Origin: Clostridia bacterium
GTDB taxonomy: Bacteria; Bacillota; Clostridia; Oscillospirales; CAG-272
Length of the DNA stretch: 64,000 nucleotides
Direction: 5' to 3'
Assembly (NCBI GenBank): GCA_017961575.1
Contig: JAGCXA010000053.1
Span: forward strand, 26,347-90,346
Shown here piece after piece: positions 9,381 to 17,813 of the stretch. The notes below the pieces were generated by a model that saw nothing but the letters and a program-made list of their open reading frames with translations, did no database searches and had not been told where the DNA came from. Both the position numbers and the translations under genes were made by a program. Every line of letters starts with the position of its first letter. The first letter of the stretch is position 1.

Positions 9381-10739
9381 TCAATTCCTGAGGGAGTGGA
9401 TGGGGGCGGGGATTCTTCCCCCGCGGGATACGAACGAGGCGCAGGATTCGTTCTTCAACGGCATAATCGGCGCGTATCCGAGCAATCCTCCGAAGTTGGC
9501 GGTCTCGCCGACGCCCTTGCCCGCGACGGGGATCAGGCGGACGGCGGTGGTCTTGTTGTTCACGACGCCGATCGAGATCTCGTCGGCGATCACGCCCGCG
9601 ATGGTTTCGGCGGTGGTGTCGCCCGGCACGGCGATCATATCCAGCCCGACCGAGCAGACGGCGGTCATCGCTTCGAGCTTCGAGAGCGAGAGCGTTCCGG
9701 CTTTCACGGCGTCGATCATCCCGCGGTCCTCCGACACCGGGATAAACGCGCCCGACAGACCTCCGACGTGTCCCGACGCCATCACGCCGCCCTTTTTCAC
9801 CGCGTCGTTCAGCAGCGCGAGCGCGGCGGTCGTTCCGTGCGTTCCGCAGCGTTCCAGCCCCATGTTTTCAAGGATCTCCGCCACCGAGTCCCCGGCGGCG
9901 GGGGTCGGCGCGAGCGACAGGTCGACGATCCCGTAGGGAACGCCGAGCCGCTTCGCCGCTTCGGTGGCGACGAGCTGTCCGACGCGCGTGATCTTGAACG
10001 CGATGCGCTTGACCGTTTCGGCAAGCGTCGAGAAGTCGCAGGCACCGGCTTCACGCACGGCGGCGGCGACCACGCCGGGACCGCTGACGCCGACGTTGAT
10101 GACCGAATCGGGCTCGCCGATCCCGTGAACCGCGCCCGCCATAAACGGGTTGTCCTCCGGCATATTGGAAAACACCACGAGTTTCGCGCAGCCGAGCGAA
10201 TCGCGGTCGGCGGTGCGCTCCGACGTCGCCTTCACGATCCTGCCCATCAGGTTCACCGCGTCCATATTGATCCCGGCTTTGGTCGAGGCGACGTTGACCG
10301 ACGAACACACGTTCTCGGTCACGGCAAGCGCCTCCGGGATCGACGCGATCAGCGCCTCGGCGCCCCGGGTCATCCCCTTCTGCACGAACGCCGAGTAGCC
10401 GCCGATGAAGTTCACGCCGAGCGTCGACGCGGCGCGCTGTAAAACGCCCGCGAGCCGCACGAATTCCTCGGGCGACGCCCCCGGAGCGACGAGCGACAGC
10501 GGCGTCACCGAGATCCGCTTGTTCACGATCGGGATCCCGTACTCGCTCTCGATCTCCTCGGCGACCGGCACCAGTTTCGCGGCGGTCTTGGTCAGTTTGT
10601 CGTAGATTTTGCTTTCCAGCCGTTTCGGGTCGTCGCTCACGCAGTCGAAGAGCGAGATCCCCATCGTCACGGTCCGCACGTCCAGGTTTTCCTCCCGGAT
10701 CATACGGACGGTTTCCAGAATGTCCTGTACGTTCAGCAT
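9381..10739 (-). CDS. PFL-like family protein (DUF711/UPF0210)
   Basis: [42 protein letters not shown] and CSVGLDM motifs. Confidence 0.92.
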   Translation of the reverse strand: MLNVQDILETVRMIREENLDVRTVTMGISLFDCVSDDPKRLESKIYDKLTKTAAKLVPVAEEIESEYGIPIVNKRISVTPLSLVAPGASPEEFVRLAGVLQRAASTLGVNFIGGYSAFVQKGMTRGAEALIASIPEALAVTENVCSSVNVASTKAGINMDAVNLMGRIVKATSERTADRDSLGCAKLVVFSNMPEDNPFMAGAVHGIGEPDSVINVGVSGPGVVAAAVREAGACDFSTLAETVKRIAFKITRVGQLVATEAAKRLGVPYGIVDLSLAPTPAAGDSVAEILENMGLERCGTHGTTAALALLNDAVKKGGVMASGHVGGLSGAFIPVSEDRGMIDAVKAGTLSLSKLEAMTAVCSVGLDMIAVPGDTTAETIAGVIADEISIGVVNNKTTAVRLIPVAGKGVGETANFGGLLGYAPIMPLKNESCASFVSRGGRIPAPIHSLRN

Positions 10740-10754
10740 ATTCGTCTCCCCGCG

Positions 10755-11027
10755 TCAGATTCTGTGCATCGAGTTGAAGATGTCCTCGTGCATCACGCGA
10801 ATGTCGACGGCGCTCTCCTCGCCGATCTTTTTCAGGGCGGCGGAGAACTCGTGGAACGAACTTTCCTTCATCCCGCCGAGCTCGACGAGCATGATCATGG
10901 CGAAATAGCCGTCCAGAACCGTCTGGCTGATGTCGACGATATTGACGCCGAAGCCGGAACAGGCGGCGGAAACGGTCGCGATGATCCCGACCTTGTCCCG
11001 TCCGATCACGGTGATAACTGCTTTCAT
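10755..11027 (-). CDS. ACT domain protein (UPF0237)
   Basis: KAVITVIGRDKVGII, NIVDISQT, HEDIFNSMHRI; usual partner of DUF711. Confidence 0.92.
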   Translation of the reverse strand: MKAVITVIGRDKVGIIATVSAACSGFGVNIVDISQTVLDGYFAMIMLVELGGMKESSFHEFSAALKKIGEESAVDIRVMHEDIFNSMHRI

Positions 11028-11086
11028 CTCTTTTTCCTCCCGATCTTTCCGGCGCTCTTCGGACCGACGCCGAACCTTTTTTCTGT

Positions 11087-11115
11087 ATTATACAATATTG
11101 TTTAAAAATTATCAA
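11087..11115 (-). promoter_or_regulatory. SigA promoter of ACT-DUF711 operon
   Basis: TTGATA-17bp-TATAAT on minus strand. Confidence 0.7.
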
Positions 11116-11134
11116 GGTTTTTCGATACGATTTC

Positions 11135-11163
11135 TTGAATCCGTCCGGAAATTATGATATACT
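11135..11163 (+). promoter_or_regulatory. SigA promoter of truB-addA
   Basis: TTGAAT-17bp-TATACT with extended TG. Confidence 0.65.
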
Positions 11164-11252
11164 GATAGCCGGAAGGCGCCGCGCGGCAGCTCCGCGTCGG
11201 CGACGAAAAACGCAAAGAATTGTTTACAGACGCTCCCCGAAAGGACCGCCGT

Positions 11253-12167
11253 ATGGAGAAAAACGGACTGCTCGTCGTCAACAAGCCCGTCGGGATCACC
11301 TCCCACACCGCCGTAGCGAAGATCCGGCGGCTTTTCGGCGTGGAGAAGGCGGGACACACGGGGACGCTCGACCCGATGGCGGCGGGCGTGCTTCCGGTGC
11401 TCGTCGGACGGGCGGTCAAGGCGGCGGAGTTCCTCACCGAATCGGACAAGCGTTACCGCGCGGTCCTGACGCTCGGCGTCACGACCGACACCGAGGACGC
11501 GACCGGAACGGTCCTGTCGCGCTCGGACGCGATCCCCGACGAGGCGGCGGTGCTGTCGGCTATCGCCGGTTTCATCGGCGAGATCGAGCAAACCCCGCCG
11601 ATGTACTCGGCGATCAAGGTCGGCGGGCGGAAACTGCTCGATCTTGCCCGGCGGGGCGAAACGGTCGAGCGGGAGAGCCGGACGGTCACGGTTTATCGGC
11701 TCGACGCCGAGCGGATCGACGAGAGAAACTACGCCCTCGACGCCGTGGTCTCGAAGGGGACCTATATCCGGACGCTTTGCGCCGACGTCGGACGGGCGCT
11801 CGGCTGCGGCGGGATCATGTCGGCGCTCACGCGCACCTCGGCGTGCGGGTTTTCGCTCTCCGACGCCGCGGCCCCCGACGAACTTGAACAAATGACCGAG
11901 GAGGAGCGCGCCGCGCGGATCATCCCGACCGAAAATCTGTTCCCCGACGCGGAAAAACTGTCGCCCGATCCCTTCTTCGTCCGTCTGCTTCGCAACGGGC
12001 TCCGGGTCGAGACCCGGAAGCTCGGGATCGCGGACGCCCCTTTGGGGACGCGCTTCCGGCTCTACGACGGCGACGTTTTCTTCGCCCTCGCCGAGGTGCG
12101 CGAGCCGAACGGGGAGGACGGGGAGACGCGGGCGGCGCTCGCGCCGCTCCGGCAATTCGACGTATAA
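11253..12167 (+). CDS. truB: tRNA pseudouridine(55) synthase
   Basis: NKPVGITSH, GHTGTLDPMAAGVL, PPMYSAIK and SKGTYIRTL motifs. Confidence 0.97.
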   Translation: MEKNGLLVVNKPVGITSHTAVAKIRRLFGVEKAGHTGTLDPMAAGVLPVLVGRAVKAAEFLTESDKRYRAVLTLGVTTDTEDATGTVLSRSDAIPDEAAVLSAIAGFIGEIEQTPPMYSAIKVGGRKLLDLARRGETVERESRTVTVYRLDAERIDERNYALDAVVSKGTYIRTLCADVGRALGCGGIMSALTRTSACGFSLSDAAAPDELEQMTEEERAARIIPTENLFPDAEKLSPDPFFVRLLRNGLRVETRKLGIADAPLGTRFRLYDGDVFFALAEVREPNGEDGETRAALAPLRQFDV

Positions 12168-12207
12168 ACCGAAAAAGCGACGAAATAACAGGGAAGGAGG
12201 GGTCGTG

Positions 12208-15200
12208 ATGGATCTGACCAAAGACCTCGCGCCGGCGAGCGGCGCGGGACGGAAGGAATGGACCGGGGCGCAGCGGGAAGCGATCGAAACGCGCGACAAG
12301 ACCCTGCTCGTCTCGGCGGCGGCGGGGTCGGGCAAAACGACGACGCTGACCGAGCGCGTGATCCGAAGTCTGACCGACCCCTCCGCCCCCTGCGACGTTT
12401 CGCGGCTGGTGATCGTCACCTTCACCGTCGCGGCGGCGAACGACCTGAAATCGAAACTGTCCGCCGCCCTGTCCGACGCGATCCGCGAGCGCCCGGGCGA
12501 CCGCCGTCTCCCCGAGCAACTTCTTCTGCTCCCCGACGCCGACATCGGCACGATCGACAGTTTCTGCCGCCGACTCGTCACCGAATTCTCGGATCGCGCC
12601 GGGCTCTCCCCGAGTTACCGCGTCTCGGATCCCGCGGAGGAAAAACATCTGCTCCGCAGCGTTCTGAACCCCTATATCGACCGTCTTTTCGCGGGAGAAG
12701 AGCCCTCGGTCGCGACGGCGGACGAGTTCTGCGACTTCGTGTCACACCTCGTCGAATCGCGCAACCAGGACGACCTTTCCGAGATCGTTCTGACGGTTCA
12801 CGAACAAGTGGAAAACGTCCCGGAAGGCGCCGACAAACTCGACGTTTTTGCCGGATATATCGAGGATGCTTGCAACCGCCCCCCTGAGGAAACGGTTTTC
12901 GGATCCGTCCTGCTCCGCCGCCTTGCCGAGCGTTGCCGCGACGCCGCCGCGCTTGCCGAAGAATGCCTGTCCGACCTTGCGGGCGAGCCCGACTCGGTGC
13001 GGGAAGAACTCGCGCCCCCGCTCTCGCGCGCCCTCTCCGCCGCGCGGGAACTGTCGACGCCCGGCGTGTCCTACGACGCCGCGCGCGCACTCGTTTTCGA
13101 GCTCGGAAAGAAGGAATCGTCCCCCCTCAACGCGAACTACCGCAAAAAGTTCGTAAAAGAGGCGTCCCCCGACTTCCTCAACCGCGCCAAAACCTTTCTC
13201 GTCTCCCTGCGGGACGATATGGAATCGACCTTTCTCCCGCTTTTTTCCGCGACGTCCGAAGAGTGGCAAGCCGAGGCGCGCGTTCACGCGCCGATCTCGG
13301 CGCTGCTCGCGCGTCTGATCCGGCGGTTCGGGGAACTCGTCGGAGAGGAAAAGAGAAAGCGGAACGTCGCCTCGTTTGCCGACGTGGAGCGCGCGGCGCT
13401 TCGCGTTCTCGTCGCCCCCGACGGCACGAAGACCGATATTGCGCGGGAGGTTTCGTCGCGCTACGACGCCGTGTTCGTCGACGAGTATCAGGACGTCAAC
13501 CCGATCCAGCACGCGATCTTCGAGGCGATCTCGAACGAGCGCAACCGCTTTCTCGTCGGCGACGTCAAGCAGAGCATCTACTCGTTTCGGCGGGCGGACC
13601 CCTCCGTCTTCATTCGTCTGAAACGGGAGTTCCCCGCACTTGACGAAGCGAGCTCGTCCCCCGCCGCCACGATCTTTCTTTCGGACAACTTCCGCTGCGA
13701 CAAGCCGGTGATCGACTTCGTGAACGGCGTTTTCGACGCGCTCTTCGGAGCGGCGGGCGATTCGATCGGCTACATTCCCGCCGACCGTCTCGGCTTCGCC
13801 AAAAAGCCCGCCTCCTGTCTTCCGACGCCGGTCAAGCCCGTCGTGCGGATGTTCAAGAAAGCCGAACCCGACGAGAACGGCACGCTCCCGCCCGACGACG
13901 AGGAATGCGCGTGGGTCGCCGACGAGATCGTCCGGCTGACCAAAACCGGGCTTCGCCCCGACGGTTCGCCGATCAAGCCCGAAGACGTCGCCATCCTGCT
14001 CCGCGTCGCCGACGGGAAAGCCGCCGCGTTCCGCACGGCGCTGGTCCGCCGCGGGATCCCCGCGTCGGTCGAGACCAACGAAAACTTCTTCGATTCCCCC
14101 GAGATCCGCCTGGCGCTCTGCCTTCTCAACGCGGTGGACAACCCCCGCCGCGACGTTCCGCTCGTCGGACTTCTCCGCTCGCCGCTCTACGATTTTTCGC
14201 CCGATCTCTTGGTTCGGATCCGGCGCGAGGGATCAATCCCCGACGAGCCCTTCTACGACGCTCTGACCGAGTTCCGCGAGAATCATCCCGATTTCGCGCC
14301 CGTCGCCCGTTTCCTCGACCAACTCGCGGCGTTCCGGCGCGCGGCGGAGGGGATGCCGGTCGACCGCCTGATCTTAAAACTCTTTACCGAAACCGGGCTG
14401 TTCCCGATCGGCGGGGCGGCGAACCGGGCGGGGCGCGAAAAACTCCTCCTTTTCTATCAATACGCCCGCGCGTTCGAGGCGACCTCGTTCCGGGGGCTCT
14501 ACCGCTTCATCGCCTACCTGAACGACCTTGAAACCGACGGACAGAAACTCAGTTTGCAGCCCCCGGCGAACGCGGCGGGCGTCCGCATTATGACGATCCA
14601 CCACTCGAAGGGGCTGGAATTCCCGGTCGTGTTCGTGTCGCGCGCCCTGAACGGAAAAGGCGGCAGGAACACGCTGACGCAGGACGGCAACGTCTCGTAC
14701 AACCCGCTTTTCGGGCTGACGTCGAAGGTACACGACGAAACCGGGCTCGCGCGGATCGACACCCCCTTCCGCCAGATCGCCGACCGCGAATCGGCGATCC
14801 TCGGGCGCGAGGAAGAGTTGCGCGTGCTCTACGTCGCCCTGACGCGGGCGCGCGAACGGCTCTACGTAACCGGGCTTCTCCCCGGCCGCGCGACGGTGAA
14901 GAACAAACGCGCGCGCTACCGCGACGCGCTGCCGCTCTCGCGCACCGAAGTCCTCGGGGAAAAGACATTCTTCGACTGGATCGTGCGCGCGCTCGGCGAA
15001 GAGACGCCGCTCGCCGAGATCGTCTTCCCGCCCTCCGAGGACGAAGAGTCCGCGTCGCCCGCCCCCGCGGTCGCATCCGTGGCGGAGGAAACCGAACGCG
15101 CCGTCATCCGCGACGAAAACGGTCGCGTCCTCTCGGACGAGGAGGCGGAACGCATCCTGACCGAACGCTTTTCCTTCCGCTACGCCTTCCCGTGGCTCCG

Positions 15201-15894
15201 GACGGTGCCGGGCAAACTCTCGGTCTCGGTCCTCTCTCCCGTCGTGCTCGACGGAGCCGACGACGGCGCGACGGTTTACACCCCGCGCAAAGCCGAGGAA
15301 GACGCCCCGCTTCCGCGCTTCCTTTCGGGCGAAAGCCGCTCCGACGCCCCCGCCCTGCGCGGGACGGCTACGCACGAGTTTTTGCAATTCTGCGACCTCG
15401 CCTCGGTCCGCGAAAACGGCGCGGAGACGGAGTTGAAGCGCCTGATCGAGCGGGGGTTCTTAACAAAAGAAGCCCTCGATCTCGTGAACCTCGCCGAACT
15501 CGACCTGTTCCGCGACTCTTCTCTTGTGGACGAAATGCTTTCCGCGTCTTGGATGCGGCGCGAGCTCCGCTTCAATATGATGCTCCCCGCGTCGACCTTC
15601 ACGACGGACGCCGAACGGGCGGAAAAACTGAAAAACCACCCGATCCTGGTACAGGGCGTGATGGACTGCGTGTATGAAACCGAGGACGGCAAACTCGTCC
15701 TCCTCGACTACAAGACCGACCGGCTTCCGGGCGGCGTCAACGCAAGCGACCGCGCGGTCGCCGCGTTTACCGACCGACACCGCGACCAGCTCCGGTATTA
15801 CTCGATCGCCGTCGAACGCATCTTCGGACGGGCGCCCGACCGGGTCCTGCTCTATCCGCTCTGTCTCGGGCGACCGATCGCGGTCGCGCTTTGA
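12208..15894 (+). CDS. addA: AddA-type helicase/nuclease (UvrD helicase plus C-terminal PD-(D/E)XK nuclease)
   Basis: SAAAGSGKT, DEYQD, VGDVKQSIYSFRRA, MTIHHSKGLEFP, YVALTRA; nuclease QGVMD..LLDYKTD..QLRYY. Confidence 0.9.
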   Translation: MDLTKDLAPASGAGRKEWTGAQREAIETRDKTLLVSAAAGSGKTTTLTERVIRSLTDPSAPCDVSRLVIVTFTVAAANDLKSKLSAALSDAIRERPGDRRLPEQLLLLPDADIGTIDSFCRRLVTEFSDRAGLSPSYRVSDPAEEKHLLRSVLNPYIDRLFAGEEPSVATADEFCDFVSHLVESRNQDDLSEIVLTVHEQVENVPEGADKLDVFAGYIEDACNRPPEETVFGSVLLRRLAERCRDAAALAEECLSDLAGEPDSVREELAPPLSRALSAARELSTPGVSYDAARALVFELGKKESSPLNANYRKKFVKEASPDFLNRAKTFLVSLRDDMESTFLPLFSATSEEWQAEARVHAPISALLARLIRRFGELVGEEKRKRNVASFADVERAALRVLVAPDGTKTDIAREVSSRYDAVFVDEYQDVNPIQHAIFEAISNERNRFLVGDVKQSIYSFRRADPSVFIRLKREFPALDEASSSPAATIFLSDNFRCDKPVIDFVNGVFDALFGAAGDSIGYIPADRLGFAKKPASCLPTPVKPVVRMFKKAEPDENGTLPPDDEECAWVADEIVRLTKTGLRPDGSPIKPEDVAILLRVADGKAAAFRTALVRRGIPASVETNENFFDSPEIRLALCLLNAVDNPRRDVPLVGLLRSPLYDFSPDLLVRIRREGSIPDEPFYDALTEFRENHPDFAPVARFLDQLAAFRRAAEGMPVDRLILKLFTETGLFPIGGAANRAGREKLLLFYQYARAFEATSFRGLYRFIAYLNDLETDGQKLSLQPPANAAGVRIMTIHHSKGLEFPVVFVSRALNGKGGRNTLTQDGNVSYNPLFGLTSKVHDETGLARIDTPFRQIADRESAILGREEELRVLYVALTRARERLYVTGLLPGRATVKNKRARYRDALPLSRTEVLGEKTFFDWIVRALGEETPLAEIVFPPSEDEESASPAPAVASVAEETERAVIRDENGRVLSDEEAERILTERFSFRYAFPWLRTVPGKLSVSVLSPVVLDGADDGATVYTPRKAEEDAPLPRFLSGESRSDAPALRGTATHEFLQFCDLASVRENGAETELKRLIERGFLTKEALDLVNLAELDLFRDSSLVDEMLSASWMRRELRFNMMLPASTFTTDAERAEKLKNHPILVQGVMDCVYETEDGKLVLLDYKTDRLPGGVNASDRAVAAFTDRHRDQLRYYSIAVERIFGRAPDRVLLYPLCLGRPIAVAL

Positions 15895-15959
15895 TCCCCT
15901 CTCTCCTCTCACTCCCCTGTTCAACCCCGCTCCCCGACGGAGCGCGTCCCCGGCGAACG

Positions 15960-15996
15960 GCAAGACGGGCAGATCTGCCCGTCTTGCTCTTTTTTT
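15960..15996 (+). terminator. Intrinsic terminator after addA
   Basis: gcaagacgggcag-at-ctgcccgtcttgc followed by a T run. Confidence 0.8.
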
Positions 15997-16172
15997 GTCC
16001 GCGCCCCGCTTTTGCGGGCGGCGCATCTTTAACGGGGCGCTGTCGCCGCCGCTTTGAAACGGAGCTCCCCGCACGCAACCGCCGCTTTCCGCCGGCGTTT
16101 GGTCGAGTTGCACATATCTGCACTGAAATTTTTGTTTATTGCGCCGTTTTTTAGCCAATTCGATACTATGTG

Positions 16173-16201
16173 TTGCATTTTGGTGTTCAATCGTGTAGAA
16201 T
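16173..16201 (+). promoter_or_regulatory. SigA-like promoter of the surface-protein locus
   Basis: TTGCAT-17bp-TAGAAT. Confidence 0.55.
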
Positions 16202-16286
16202 AGAGACAAGGGAAGAGTGATCCTGACGGCGATGCTCCGCTGCGGATCCGCCCGTTCACACCGCTACAATAAAAAGGAGAAAAGTT

Positions 16287-17636
16287 ATGAAGAGATTGTC
16301 TGTTACCCTCGCGTTTGTCCTGTGTCTCGTCCTTTGCGCTTTCGCGTTCGCGTCCTGCGGACCGAAGAAACCCGCGAGCACCACGGGCGACGCCACCGCT
16401 CCGGCGACCACGGCGGGGGAGACCGCGTGCGAACACGAATGGGGCGAGTTCGTCATCGACGAGGATCCGTCCTGCACGAAGGTCGGCTCGAAGTCCAAGT
16501 ACTGCACCAAGTGCGACGCGCAGGATCCCGCCTCGATCACCGAGATTCCGATGATCGCGCACACTCCGGGGGAGGATTACGAGGTCGACACGCCGGCAAC
16601 CTGCTCCGACGTCGGCTACGAGTCCATTCATTGCACCGTTTGTAAGCAGCCGATCGCCGACACCGTTCGTCAAATAGACATCGACGAAAACGCGCACGTC
16701 GTTGCCGACGACGGGTGGACGATGGATAAGCTCACGCTTCTGAATCAGACCGGCAACAAGACCGGGACCTGCACGGCTTGCGGAGCAAGCGTCGTTCGTC
16801 CGATCGAGTACGAGGGTCTTTCCGTTTGGAACGCCAACGACAAAACGTCCGGCAACAAGGTCGACAAACGTACCTATCAGTCCATCCGCGGCGAGGACCA
16901 TTTCTACCCCGACGAAACGAACAACGGTCTCGGCAACGATCTTCTGATCGAGTTCTCGATCCTTTATAACGAGACTTTGGCGTCCCTGTCCGGCGCGACG
17001 TTCGACATCACGGTCGGCGACGGCTCCGACTTCGTCAATCTCAAATTGGCGGCGAACGCCAACGCTCGGTACGGCACCGTCGTCGGCGGGTTCTCCGCCC
17101 GCGACAGAAACGACGGCAAGGGTGCGGTTCTGTCCACTCCGACCGCCGCCGAGATCGAGGCGGATCCGAACGCGAAATATCCGAGCATCGGCGATTACGG
17201 CTGGCACCGCGTCGGCGTCCGCATCCATCAGGAAGCGGCGATCGTCGAGGACGCCGTGGTCTACGCCTTCACCGGCGAGGTCTACCTTGACGGCGACCTG
17301 ATCCTCGCGTTCGACCTGTCGAAATGGGCGAAGGACAACAAGGGCGCGCTACTCTACACCGCGACGATCGAAAACGACGAGTTGGCGTACTCCGACAACG
17401 ACGCGTCGAACGCCTGGGGCGAGTTCGGCATCTACGGCTTCTACGGTGGAAGCGACGTTTATCTCGGCATCGCCGATGCCTCGATGACCTGCGGCAAAGC
17501 GTTCGTACAGAACGTGGAGTCGGTCGCGACGCCCGACCCGGCAACCTTTACCTTCGACGATAAGGACACCCCGGACGACACGACGGACGACGTCACCTGC
17601 CCCGCGGCGATCTACTACAAGTTCGTCGAGGAATAA
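16287..17636 (+). CDS. Lipoprotein with 3 CxxC repeats and one ConA/LamG-like beta-sandwich domain (domain X)
   Basis: Signal peptide ending in lipobox FAS-C; Thr-rich linker; H..TC..G....CxxC repeats; GWHRVGVRI..EVYLDG motif; AAGGAG RBS. Confidence 0.75.
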   Translation: MKRLSVTLAFVLCLVLCAFAFASCGPKKPASTTGDATAPATTAGETACEHEWGEFVIDEDPSCTKVGSKSKYCTKCDAQDPASITEIPMIAHTPGEDYEVDTPATCSDVGYESIHCTVCKQPIADTVRQIDIDENAHVVADDGWTMDKLTLLNQTGNKTGTCTACGASVVRPIEYEGLSVWNANDKTSGNKVDKRTYQSIRGEDHFYPDETNNGLGNDLLIEFSILYNETLASLSGATFDITVGDGSDFVNLKLAANANARYGTVVGGFSARDRNDGKGAVLSTPTAAEIEADPNAKYPSIGDYGWHRVGVRIHQEAAIVEDAVVYAFTGEVYLDGDLILAFDLSKWAKDNKGALLYTATIENDELAYSDNDASNAWGEFGIYGFYGGSDVYLGIADASMTCGKAFVQNVESVATPDPATFTFDDKDTPDDTTDDVTCPAAIYYKFVEE

Positions 17637-17813
17637 CGTTCCCCACGCCGACCCGCGGTCGGCTGAATCGTGATCCCCCGGGGCTGCCCGATACGGTTTT
17701 CCTCCTACCTTTCCGCGTTCGGCAGCCCCGGAACCCTCTGCAATCATCCGCAACGCCTCCCGGTCCGGTTTCGGTCGAGAGGCGCGTCGGTATCTTAAAA
17801 GGAGAAAAAGAAA

